Assembly: GCA_032718475.1 (NCBI GenBank)
Contig: JAUCBJ010007480.1
Span: 32,214-96,213 of the forward strand
Reading direction: 5' to 3'
From: Nemertoderma westbladi
Lineage: Eukaryota > Animalia > Xenacoelomorpha
Length of the DNA stretch: 64,000 nucleotides
In this document: piece after piece, positions 23,932 to 37,300 of the stretch
How the letters are laid out: the number at the start of each line of letters is the position of its first letter
How positions within the stretch are numbered: the stretch's first letter is position 1
Notes under the pieces: model-generated
Told to the model about the DNA's origin: nothing
Database searches by the model: none
What the model saw: only the letters and a program-made list of their open reading frames with translations
Program-made: the position numbers and the translations under genes

Positions 23932-25572
23932 ATTAGGAGCCCGCTCGACAGGCGGGATACTTACTGTAAAAATCTGCGGGATACTTACTGTAAAAATCTC
24001 AGAATATGTAACACTGACTGACTGACTGACTGACTGATAATTATCTAGGTTCAGGCACTTCCTGCCTGGCGATTTTGTTGAAATTTTACAAGTAAATTGC
24101 TTTGGTGGTTCATAATCGCGTTACAAAATATCAGATCAATTCAATGTGTGATATTCGATATAATTCGTTTTTTTGAAATTATTTTGTCGCGAAATTAAAA
24201 GCAATGGTAAAGTAACAACTCCTGCCTGAGCTGCTGCAGCAGCTAGCTGTGTATAGCTGTGTTGTAATGGTTGAGATAAGGGCTGCCTGAGATAGAATTC
24301 CATCAAGGCAGAATTTCTTGACTACACCCCTCCTACTGCTGGCTGCTGGCTGAGTCTACACATCCTTTATCAGCTCTCAGGGATAGACAGAAAATAGTTG
24401 AGTTGTCAATAAACAAAATAAATTATACCACTGCAGTAGGATTATATTATTATTCCACGAATCATTGGGTTGATTATTTTGTATAGGATATATGTAGAAA
24501 GTTCTTAAAAATAATATTCTTATTTTTTTTATTACATAGGATTAGCATCATTTTTTAGCTGAAGCATTGATAGTGCTAATTAATTTAATTATATTTTAAT
24601 ACCATTACTACATTGGCATAAGATAAGTTTTAACATTTCTTACAAATATTATAAAACTCAATAGTGGTGCGAGCATAAAACTCAAATCACACAAATTTAA
24701 AAGAACCAGGTGTGTTGTCATAATATCTATCTCCATAGGTTATTCTGCTGGACTGGGTCTGGGTGCGGCTTTGCTTTTGGGACGGGGTGCTGATTGAAAG
24801 GGGGGTTGAAGGGGGGAATTGTCTCCCCTTTTCACTTTGACTGATTTGCGGTTTTGTTAAATTTCTTGGATATAGTTGTTGTGATGCTAAAATTTAATTT
24901 GTCTTTGATAATGTATTATTTTGTTTCATATTGTTTAGACTTTCAATTTTCATAATATTAGTTGAGTTTTTGTTTATACATTTTCTATAATATATAATAT
25001 ATAATATAATTTGTATTTATTAAAATAATTTAATGAAACTGTTATCACTATTATTATCTTACTAGAACTACTGACACTAAGGTGGAACAGCTAGGATATT
25101 TGCGCTTTGTTTGTGTTTTAGTTTTAGTAACTATAGCTACCCCTTTCTATTGTTAGTTTTGTTCTATAATGCAGCATTGGTTGATCGCCTTAGCAGCCGG
25201 TGTTGTAATATTCGTATGGAAATGGAGTCGCATTTATAATATAGGGTGGTTCTTGGGTGGGTTCAGGGTCATCACTCGCTCGGTGTCCTGGTTGTGCATC
25301 ATGGGCATTTTTTCATAAATATTCGGTAATCTTATATCTTGTAAACGTGCTTATTTGCTTCATATTATATTTTTGTTAGTGGTAGCAAAGTTTAAGTTTT
25401 TATTATGTGGGACGATCGACAAAGTCAGCTAGCCTCACGCCTTACAGTTTAGACAATTGTTTAGTTTAGGCCTACTTACTAGGCCTACAGCTGACTGACA
25501 TAGTTCATTTGTAATAGTCTTGGCTAGGATTCTTCCCCCGGGCTCCTTCCAGCCAGCTTGCTGGCTTTCTAG
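23932..25572 (+). mobile_element. Helentron-type element, copy 2
   Basis: Nearly identical to copy 1, with the same termini. Confidence 0.8.
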
Positions 25573-25703
25573 TGAGCCAGACTAATAAGAGAGCTTCCTC
25601 GCTTTTTATGTTTACCTTACAAAATGATTGGCTTAGTATTTAATCGTGATTCTTTAGAATAATTAGCTAAATAATTTCGTTGAGGTGTTGACATGGTAAA
25701 TTA

Positions 25704-26607
25704 ATTAGGAGCCCGCTCGACAGCGGGATACTCACTGTAAAATTCTGCAGGATACTTACTGTAAAAATCTCAGGATATATAACACTGGCCCTTCCTGCCT
25801 GGCGATTTTGATGAAATTTTGCAAGTACATTGCTTTGGTGGTTTATAATCGCGTTACAAAATATCAGATCGATTCTATGTGTGTGGTATTCGATATATTT
25901 TGTTTTTTTGAAATTATTTTGTCGCGAAATTAAAAGCAATGGTAAAGTAACAACTCCTCCCTGAGCTGCTGCAGCAGCTAGCTGTGTAGGAATGGTTGAG
26001 TAAAGGGCTGCCTGAGATAGAATTCCATCAAGGCAGAATTTCTTGACTACACCCTTCCTGCTGCTGGCTGAGTCTACACATCCTTTATCAGCTCTCAGGG
26101 ATAGACAGAAAATAGTTGAGTTGTCAATAAACAAAATAAATTATACCACTGCAGTAGGATTATATTATTATTCCATGAATCATTGGGCTGATTATTTTGT
26201 ATAGGATATATGTATGTAGAATGTTCTTAAAAATAATATTCTTATTTTTATTATTACATAGGATTAGCATCATTTTTTAGCTGAAGCATTAATAGTGTAA
26301 ATTAATTTAATTATATTTTAATACCATTACTACATTGGCATAAGATAAGTTTTAATATTTGTTACAAATAGTGGTGCGAGCATAAAACTCAAATCACGCA
26401 AATTGAAAAGAACCGGGTGTGTTGTCATAGCAATGTTTCATTTTTTATTATGTGGGACGAGCCACAAAGTCAGCTAGCCCCACGCCTTATAGTTTAGACA
26501 ATTGTTTAGTTTACTTACTGCTGACTGACAAGATTTATTTGTAATACAGTAGTATTGGCTAGGATTCTTCCCCCGGGCTCCTTCCAGCCAGCTTGCTGGC
26601 TTTCTAG
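25704..26607 (+). mobile_element. Helentron-type element, copy 3 (shorter, diverged)
   Basis: Same termini; lacks the microsatellite and ~0.7 kb of internal sequence. Confidence 0.8.
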
Positions 26608-27239
26608 TGTTTCAGTATATCAATACTATCGGCATAAGGTAAGTTTTAATATTTCTTACAAAGTGGGTCGCCTCCACGCCTAAAATATATAATATATTAC
26701 TTTATGAGTTTAACATAATATATCCAATAACATGAGTTAATTTATTTCTTTGTTGGTTAGGTAAATTAAATAATACAGTATGCGATCTTTAATTATTTTT
26801 GCTAGAAATTTTTTGCCTTTTTTGTATATTTGTGAATCGCTTCCCGTTTTATTTTTGTGTTATATTAAAAAAATATAATTATATACTGTATTACTTTTAA
26901 AACTCAAATTCCGCCTTTCATCAATCCACTGTGCGCATTTGGGTTGGGGTGGTGCAGTTGAGGGTGGTGCAGAAGAGGTAGGATTGGGGATAGAGTGCAG
27001 GATTGGGAAGGGGGGGGGGGGGGGGGGGGCTTTATTCCCCTCTCTTTGATTTATTGGTGTTTGGTTAAACTTATTAAATAGCGAGTTTTTGTGATACAGT
27101 AGAATCGCTCGATATTACTCTGTATCTCATAACTGAGACTCGTGCTGCGCGAAGGCCCCACGAACGTGGTATACCGGCTTATCAATAAACCACAACTCCC
27201 TATCTACCATAGCTTTACCGAGACTATCCTCATCTCCAA

Positions 27240-27595
27240 GGTAGAGTGTCCTTTAAGAAGCGTTTTAAGAAAATCATGGACTGTCCACCATGCTATATTA
27301 TCTCCATGTTTTTTCTCCAAGCACAAGATTGTGTACAGGCTGGTTCTTACGGCGAAAACAAAGTTTTGCAAAGCGGCGGCGGCTTTGTTGAAGTGCCAAG
27401 CTTGGGGGAATTAACCAATGATACACCTCCAATGTTGTTACAGCATACATAGTGCTGGTTTGGTGAGATATGTGTGCATTGTACAGTACTTGACACAGTG
27501 AACCCGGTGTGTACCATTCTTGCGAATGTGTCATCCAGAGATTTGGTGTCATTAGCAGTTAAAGCCCGCAGCCACACCCCTCGCCAAAATTGGAA
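27240..27595 (-). pseudogene. Degenerate 3' fragment of the same RTE-type LINE family as 41719-43368
   Basis: ALTANDTKSLDDTFARM, YNAHIS and FRRKNQPVHNLVL match the C-terminus of the 527-aa ORF. Confidence 0.8.
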
Positions 27596-27654
27596 ATCCA
27601 CTTTGGAAAATCACCATGGACCATGTTTTGCATGGTTATCAACCAGATCAAGAC

Positions 27655-29400
27655 AAACCGAAAAATTGTGTTTTTAAAATATTATGACATATTCCGGCAT
27701 TTTTCATTTTTTGAAAAAATACCGGGACTTTTCAAAATTATGAGCCTGAAAAAATTAAACCACCATGTCCAATTGTTATTCAAAAGTGAGAGCAAGGTTT
27801 AGAAAAACCCACAAGTAGTATTTTTTAAATATTCTGTCCTGGTTTTCGAAATATCGGCATTTTCATTTTTTCAAATAATGCTGGAGGCGCTTTTCAAAAT
27901 TATGTGCCGGAAAAAAATTAAATCACCATGTCCAATTGTTATTCAAGAGTGAAAGTTCATCGTAGTGACTAACTAAATACAATCAATGCCACCGCACCCC
28001 CACAACCCCCTCACGAAAACCTCCGATAACTGCCTCTGTTCGCGCTTTTAGACCTTTAGCAGTTTAACCTGCCAATTTTAGTTGTCCTCTTGTTTATAAA
28101 TCGACTTTAGCCTATATCAATTACCTAGTGTACTGAAGTTACATCAGCCGAAGCCAGTCCGTGCGCGGCGTATGACCCACGGTGTGGGAGACTGGATTCG
28201 GATTCCTTGAGAGTTATTGCAGTGTAGACCTACTGTATTATTCGATTGATCGCTACTATATAATCTCTGACAAATATATTTACTTTCGGGGAAATATTAA
28301 CAGTTCCTTTAGGACGTGGCGCTTTAAGTATAAAAACAGAGTTATGACTTATACTAATCACAACTAGATGGCCACAGAGTTTCGTAAATAGCGCATTCTT
28401 TAGGAGATGCTTTATTAACCTTCACACTACTTCACACGACTTCACACTACTTTCACTAGTTCGCACTAATCTGCCGACCGTCACAGAATTTGATCATATA
28501 TAAGGAGGATTGCAATTGACACACGTAGGGATTATGAAATAGCATTTAATTCACACAAAACCACTATAATTTAAGTCGCAGTTGCTACCGGTAAACTCTA
28601 TTCCTCTTACCTCAGTAATCAATAAGATTGAGGGGTTTATGGTTATTTATCGGTATTTTCCAAATATAACATCAATATCCATTAATATAACAACAATTAA
28701 TACTATAAAACAGAAGTAAAATAATGCGGTGAACAGTCAGTATGTGTTAATGAATTGAGTATGAAAGTCAGGCAGTCAGGTGTGAGCCGGTGAGCCGGAT
28801 AATAGATTTACGTTCTTATATTCAAAGCCATCTGATGTTCCTAGGCTAAAGTCTGAAACTTCCACACAGAAGCACAGAAAATTCCGAGCTGGCTCTGATG
28901 CTCAGAAAATGTAAACAAAGACCGTAATGCATTGCGCGAGTTTCCATAGGTTTCTGTTAGACATAAAGTGAAAATTGCTCTGATTGGCTGAATAAGGCAG
29001 AACAAAGATAACCTCCACGTCCACAAAGAATCAGCTGACAGATTTCGTCATTTTGGTTCTAATTCCTTCCCGTCGCGTAGTTGGATAAATTTAGGGCTAT
29101 TTTAGAGTATTCTGCGCATTGCGTAAAAATGACTTGTTATGTACGCAAAAGCTTTTACAGCCTCCGCCACACTAGGCCTACTGTACTTCCCCAGATAGAT
29201 GTTATATCGCTCCCTCCCCTCCCCCACCCCCCATCCCTACGGTTTTTCTTGACCTGACAAATAAGTTGACATATAAATTAATCATTAAATTTTTCAGGCT
29301 CAAAATTTTGAAAAGTGCCGTTATTTTTTCAAAAAATGAAAAATGCCGATATCTCGTAAACCAAACGACAGAATATTTTAAAAATACTATTTTTGGGTTT
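27655..29400. repeat. Foldback-like repeat interrupted by the solo LTR
   Basis: Two direct ~150-bp units (27655-27790, 27805-27950) and one inverted unit (~29260-29400). Confidence 0.5.
28037..29159 (-). mobile_element. Solo LTR, third subfamily of the same BEL/Pao-derived group
   Basis: tgttcgcgc...gcttttaca with 5-bp TSD GCCTC on both sides; shares conserved blocks such as cagttcctttaggacgtggcgc with the other LTRs. Confidence 0.92.
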
Positions 29401-31193
29401 ATCCCCTAGTAGCACATAACGTTCACACACAGCTTTTGGACGTTGAGAACATGTCCACTCCATAAACGTCGCACATACTGTACCAGATTTCAACGTTCTA
29501 AATTAGTCTCCATATAATAACTCCTATATGGTGTTGGTGTTTCAACTGAAAAGTAACGTTCATTAATGGTATCAGTTAATTTTCCGTTAATGTTCTTGAA
29601 CGTTTGAATGGCGTCCTACGCATTAACCAGTTCAATTTGAGTTCAGAAACTGAAAAGTAGGATTTGTAAATGCAAGTTATATTTCCGTTAGCTATTGTGA
29701 ACGTTTCAATAATGTTTATTATCCAATAAAAATTATCCAGTTCAATTTCAGTTCAGATATTTTTAAAATTGTCATTCAAAAAATGTCCAAACTATGTTTT
29801 TCATAACCGTAGTTCAATAGCGGTTCAATACTAAACATTTTCCGTTCAAAATAATAATTATCTGAACGAGAAACTTTCCCACGCTATGGGAACGAGTGTC
29901 TGTGATGAGTCATACAATTACAGGCAATACTAGAACAGCCCAAGTATGATGTAAAATAGTGGCATATTGGTTCATACATAACTCAGGAGCAAAGTATACA
30001 ATACTGTAGTACTGTACAACGGTGTAATATACTGTAACATAGTGCATTGTATAACTGTAATTTAAATTAATTTCTGTTTCGTCTCAATTATTTGCTGTAT
30101 ATTTTTATAGCGGCATGGGGCACATACAGTACGGCATGAGGTACATACATTCAACATGTGAACAGTGCGAAGATCGAGGTCAATTTTGTGATGCTTTTCA
30201 ACAGTATCGGGAGTCGGGACCAATAATAAACGCCGCCATCCATCAAAGACACTAAAAAGGTGATTCTTTCAAATTGTATTTTTAGTTAATAATTTAATTT
30301 CTAATCGAATATACAGTATGACACAACTTTACAGTTATTAGCTTAAAATATGAACTTTAATTTATCACTTTATTGTATCAATGAGCGGTACTGCATGTAA
30401 TTTAATTCGAAGATTGTTGTAATAAAAAGATAAGATTGATGCAAAAAAATATCATTGAATAAATATACATTTTTTAAATTGATCCAATTTACATAATACT
30501 GTAATAAGTACCTGATAGTAATAAAAGTACGGTATTATATAAAGTGATAATATAAAATACCTAAATAATAATAGGCCTATAAAGTAATTATAAAATAATG
30601 AAATTTGTTGTGCATCTTTAAACAAATAATAAAATAATACATAGAAACTAAATAACGGCACCTGATATCGAAGGACTTCAAAAGTACATAACGAAAGGGA
30701 CTACATAATTTATTATAAACACAAAAAACATAGAAAATAATTCATGAAAGCAACAGATAATTGAAAATCTAATACCAGAAATAGATTCTCCATAATTTTT
30801 TACCGCAGAATGTACATGTTTATCATTCAAATTGGTTACAGGTAACATAAACAACATGCTGACATGGACTTCGCTAGCGAAGTCTGGATTTACCATGTAC
30901 CAGTCCTTGCTTCAGTCGTCCTTCAGTCCTTGGCCTAAACAAAAGAATTATTTGCAGTTCTCATACATACCAGCATACCACAGTACAGCAGTACTGCAGT
31001 ACCAGCATTCAGTCGCACCTCTACCTGCCAGCCTGCTGACCTGTACCGTACCCGGTGCCAGTTCGGTAGGCGTACCTACACCCTGACACCTACAGTGTGA
31101 CAGTACCGGTATAGACGGATAGAGCGCAAGAGTGGTACCGTACTGCCGTATACCAAAACCGCTACGGTACCAGCAGACCGGTAAAATACTGAA

Positions 31194-31324
31194 ATGGCAA
31201 TGTATGATAGATTTTATGGTGGATACCGTGTATTTGTTGGCGATCTAAGCTCTCGAGTCACTAAAAGTGATTTGGAACGTGAACTGGAAACTTTCGGATC
31301 TTTGATTGACGTTTGGGTTGCAAG
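31194..31324 (+). CDS. SRSF7: SRSF7-like exon 1 (RNP2)
   Basis: RVFVGDL...DVWVA; donor AG|gtttgt. Confidence 0.9.
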
Positions 31325-34300
31325 GTTTGTTTTGTTAATTTGTATGTTTACAGTTTAATGTTCAGCTTCAAACTGTCAAATATCAGACATTACTGGATTA
31401 ATCAGCCTACTGCATTAATCAGTTATACCGGTACCGGTACCGGTAGCATTCAGGCATTACTACTGTACTACAGATACAGTACTAGCATTAGACTATCTGT
31501 CTATTAGCTGATTAGAGATTAGGGCCTACTGTCTGACTGTACTGTGTTACATGCTGACAGGTCAGCAAGTGTGGCTGTGGGTAGGGCCTATACTGTTATC
31601 GATAGGGCTGTAGCCTGTAGGGCCTATCAGCATCAGGCAGTCAGGTGCAGAGGTAAGGGTACCGGTCTGCCGGTATAATGTCAATTTTTATCAGCTTCCC
31701 GCTGGAAGGGCCCTTTCCAGCTTCCACGTTGTTTGAGTTTTAAAGATATTTCTGTATTTGGCATTGACTAGGCCTAGCTCAGTAGCTGCTCAGCTGCTAG
31801 AGCTAGCCCCAGCCCCAGGTTGAAATTCATGCATGGGCGCGCAGGCTGGCAGGTACGCGTCCGAGATTTGCAGCATGAATTGGAATTCCAACCTGGGCCT
31901 AGCCTATTTCTGTATTTTGGCAGTGATATTGCTGTATTGCTGTATTGAATTAGTTCTGTAATTCTTACTGTCTGACTGTAGGAGAGCCTGACATGCCATG
32001 CTGCCATGTCGCCCAGATACTTCCCAGTTCTGCAGTTTTACCTATTTCTTGGTCTGCGAAACAGGAAACAGCCTGTATATTATCCTTTTGAAAGCAATTT
32101 ATTTATTCTGCTAGTTAATTACTAAATATTAAATGACTGTGACAATTCATGCAATTTATTATGTACCTGTGCAGTGTAGTAATTTGCCACTTTAAAAATG
32201 TAAGACTCTAAAATAGTGAGTTAGGCCTATATTATAGTGAGAAATGCTGGATGGAAAATAATAACTTTCCGCCTCAGCTGAAACTAGCTCTATGGCCCAC
32301 TTTAGTAATAAAGTCATTCACACCATAGAGACAGCGAGACAGGTTTAAAGGGTCGTCTGTACCGAAATTTCCATCCCCTTGGTGAAATTTTTAAAATGGT
32401 TGACGAATTTGTAATCGAATTTTGTTACAAATTATAGGTTCTTTCCTTTCCCAACTCTCCTGATGTTTCATAATGTAATAATTACGGTATTTATTTTGCC
32501 AAAAGAAATATATTTTTGTCCGACTTTTTAATCCGCATTGTCGAGGACCATTTTTTTCCGAGGCCGAAGGCCGAGGAGGACTAAAGGAAAAAGTTGAGGC
32601 CAGGTAGGTTCCAGTTGAGTAGTGTAGCAGTGTAGGTTACCATTATTCCATCCGCAGTAGACTATCAGAAACAACGGTAAACTTTTATCCCCTACGAAGG
32701 GTGAATGTTGAAGTGATTTTGATGATTTACTTTACCTCACCGATCAGAGTCAACTGGTATGCTTGAGCTGGACGTTACCATTAGAATGGCCATGCAGGGT
32801 TATTGACATAACGTTCGAAAATCCACAAAATTTAAAATTTAATTTGACTTTTAATGGAATGAAAACGAGTAAAAGTGTGGAAATTTGTTTATAATAATGA
32901 TAATAAATAACCCTCTTGCAATCTCAAAATTCTTACATTGATTGCGTTTTGGTTTATTTTTCTAGGCGAACGTTATTTCATAAACAAATAGTTTTGTTAA
33001 AAAAACCTATAAGTAAAATGCGATACATTTAATTGTTATCTTATGTATGTATATAATATCTAGGAGTCCTGGTGTTGGATTTGCAGTCTATAAACATCGT
33101 GATGACGCCAACCAATTTGTTGATGATATGAACCAGAGGTAAGTGAGACCACAGAATGTCTTATTAATCTCGTCTGTTTGCAATAGGTTTATATTACCCT
33201 TGTTTCAGAAGTCCACCGGGTTTTGCGTTTTGTACGTTCAAACACGGTGGTGATGCTGAACGATTCGCCGACGAAATAGATGGCAGGTACGGAATGGTAG
33301 GAACGAGATACGAAACGGTAGGAACGAGATACGAAACGGTAGGAACGAGATACAGAACGTTAGGAACGGGATACGGAACGTTAGAAACGGGATACGAGAC
33401 AGTATAAGCGTTGGAACGAGTCCGGTAATGAATCTCTATGATCATTGAAGCCAAATGGTATGAATTATCATTCGTACAAAAGCAAGTGCAAGTCTCCGTA
33501 ATCGTGTCTAGATTTGCTACCTATTTGCTATTAAGTATATATTTGAAGTATTATTTAGATTTGAATTAGTATAATAATAATATCAAATGTCTTAATATCA
33601 AAATATGTTTCAATAACCATGGTTATCGTTCTCAATTAACACTAAGGAAATGCAGAAGTAAGTAATGATAGTACGATAATGATACCGGTCTGCCGGTGTG
33701 TGATTACTAATTTATTATTAAAGTATGGATAGCATACCATCTGGAAGTCTGGTGGTGTTCAACCTGTATAATTATGCCTATCTAAAACCAAAGTAAATTA
33801 GTAACTGAACCCTACCTAAAATAGCTAAACAACCAAGAAACTAGTATACAGTATAAATATTATTGCACTGAAATACAAAAATAATGATATACATTTTGTT
33901 AAACACTATTTAACCCACCCACCCTAGTATCCTAGACTTGTTTTGGTATTGTGCTGGTCCCTGTTATTTTGTTCACTTCACTTAATCCTAATCCTCTTTC
34001 TTTATCCACCCAACCCCCCAAAGCGGCTGTGCTGAGGTGGTCTACCTCAACAGACAACCGTTTGTTGAAGGCTTTGTCTCCTAATGCACAAACTTTCTGG
34101 AATTTTTCGTCTATTAGTGTGGTTTTCGCGTGCAATTGTTATTAAATTAGTATTTTTGTTGTAAAGATAAAAACCGAATCCACAAATGGTCGCACTTCGG
34201 ATCTCGAGAGTCTAGAAGTTCTTCGCTGGACGTACTGAAAAATCCAGGGGTACGAAGGTCGAATAAGTCAAGCCGTTCTAAATGCGGTCTTCCCACTAAG

Positions 34301-37300
34301 GTCCGCCAACCACTGCTAATCCCCCGTGAACAGCGTAAGAATCGATAATCTTCATATTCTGGGGCGTACAGCTGTTGCTAACTACGTCAAACATGTAACC
34401 TCACCAGGGCTACGCTCTCCAGTTGGGATGAATCTATTTTATCACTCAAGAAATGAAGCCTTACCAACTGACCGACAGTCTGTAGTCCAGGGTGCGTGCG
34501 ATGCGAGGGCGCGGGTCAATTTAATTCTTATCATTTTATCCGAAAATACAATGAATACCGAATGTGCAAAACCTGGTTCAAACAGCTGTTGCTAGTACCG
34601 GATTACCTAAGGTTTCTTCAAATAATTATACCGGTTGAACACCAGATGGTATGCTATTGATACTTTAATAATAAATTAGTAATCACACACCGGCAGACCG
34701 GTATCATATCATTATCGTACTATCATTACTTACTTCAGGATTTCCTTAGTGTTAATTGAGAACGATAACCATTGTTATTGAAATATATTTTGATATTAAG
34801 ACATTTGATATTATTATTTTATACTAGATTTGTATTGGGTATTGAGTGTTTCATATTATATTGTTTGATATGATATATTTGGGGGAGAGGGGGAGGTAGC
34901 TATGTCATGTCGTCCTGACACAAATTTGTATTGATATTAAATTAATAATAATTACAAACAAAGAAATATGGAAACGATACGAATAGAGGTTTACCATAAT
35001 AATGATTCTTAGGTATATATATAGTACATTATTATATATTGCCAATGGAAGGAACTATTGCCAATAGCTACGAAATTAGAAATCGTTCGTTAATTATACC
35101 TTATATGTACATTGTATAGACCAATGATAAACCTATGACAATCTATAAACGTCTTCGCCCATAAATAAAAGCACAGATTGTAGTATTACACACATATTAT
35201 AATAATGGTATTAATTAACAACTAACACATTGTGAATTTCTATTAAGTTGAATCCGGCTGGAAAAACTTAGTTAATGAAGTTGAATGATCGCTACTCTGG
35301 GTACATGTTTTCTTATTCCCAAACTCCACAGGTAACCGTCGACTTTATTTACCAACTAATTAGTTACGTTTTGTTTCCCGTTACGCAGACGATTACTGGG
35401 TCGTGTTGTTCGCGTGGAACACGCTCGCCCCAACCCCCGGGTGGGGGGCGGGGGCCCCCGCAACTTCCGAGCGCCGCCCCCACCTCCCCAGCGGTTCCGC
35501 ACTAGCGAGAAGTGCTACAACTGCGGGGAGCGGGGCCACTTCGCCAGGGATTGCTCCCGTGTTGGCTACCGGGGTTCCCGGTACAGCAGGTGAGTCTAAC
35601 GGATTGAGGTCGGCCTTTTTTTTTTTATAAAGGCAGTGATTTAATAATCATAAACCTTTCACAACTTTATGAACCATAATTTTGTCTAATAAAACCTTCA
35701 GATTTCAAAGTTTGCTTTGCAACCAAGTTAATGTTGGTTTTATGAGTTAATAAATTCCACTTCGCGGTTGTGACTACGAGGGCACTCACTCACTCAGGGA
35801 ATAAATGTAAAGAAATACAAGATCTTCACTGTAAAACCAAAATAATCTGTTTCTTGAATTGTTTCAAAATCTATAAAACAATAATAAAACAAGTATATAT
35901 TTTATTTATTTTTATTATCAACTTATATTAATATTTCGAAAAGATAGCGAATTTATCGGATTAGCATATTAAACACAACACCACGAATAGCAACACAGTG
36001 GTTGTAATGTTTGGAAATCTTCACTAACTTTTATTTAATGATTCTGTTCGTTCGCACAAACATTCCGTAAAACCAGAATGTATTTCGTCGCAGGGCAATA
36101 AAAAGGCGCTAAGAGTTATTTATACCACCAGATAGCTGATAAAATTTGTCATCTATTGGTACTATTTGGAAAAAGTGATATATAAATTTCACAGATAGGG
36201 GGGGAACTGGACGCAATAAAAATTCATCCCTCTCCAGGGGAAAGTGGACACAAATAACAGATGATTACTCGCAAAAATAAAACTGTAACCTTTATATTGT
36301 GTTTAGTTTATTGTTTTGGTTAAAATAACGTGCCACTGTAACCTGCTCCTTTCCCTAAATTGAGAATTTAACATTGCGGCGGAATATTAATTCGCCAAGG
36401 CGGGTTTTGCGTCGAGTCCCCCCCCCTCCCCCCCCCCCCCCTGTCTCCAATTTCAATATTTATATCCTGTATAATACATTCAATTTAATTACATTTTGAA
36501 TAGGAATTCCAATAACTGAGTTCCTTTTTAACGGAACCCTATAAAGGGAGCTAAAGGGGCGTTCAAAAGTATGTCACGCAAGCTCTAACCCCCCCCCCCC
36601 CTCCCCCCCCTCCCCTCCCCCCTCCCTAGTGCGTGACAAACTTTATGAACGCCCCCTAAACTGAAATTCATACTTTTAAATGGTTGATTTTAAAGTTGCG
36701 ATTTATTGTGATGGCAATTTGGCTGGAATAAATGAGTTCTTTTCTCAGTTTGTTAAAATTCCGAGTTAGCGCCTTTTTATTGCCATGCGACGATTTATCT
36801 ACAGTTCCAGAGTTAAAATAAGCTTTATAATATCCTGGCGGGAAAATAAGTCTATTTAATTTACCGAGGATGTGCCATATAGACAGGGTTAATTTTAATA
36901 TGTAAATATTATTTTCCTTTTAGATATTCATTGGTAGTTTAGTTAGTCTCTTTGTAACTAAATTATCTATTGTAACTCTAAATCTGTCCTTTTGGAATTT
37001 ATGCCTAGCTCGTAGCTTCTTCACTAATTATATATAATTGTAAATGTAAACTGTCTTATTGGAGAAATTGGTTTCATTTTGCTAGTCGATTGTCAGACGC
37101 GGGGGGTCCGAGACCCTGTTACCAATAACTACGGACACATGAGTCGTCTACCACAGACCAATTACGCAGCTGTTGATAGACCACGGTGGTGGCACACTGA
37201 CTAGCTACTAAACCAAACCAAACTAGGCAGAACCAAACCCACGCGTTGGCACCAAACGAACGCGTTGGCACCAAACGAACGCGTTGGCACCAAACGAACG

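Noticed and set aside
25667-26134. 155-aa ORF
   Set aside because: Lies antisense within a non-autonomous Helentron-type repeat and is not open in the other two copies.
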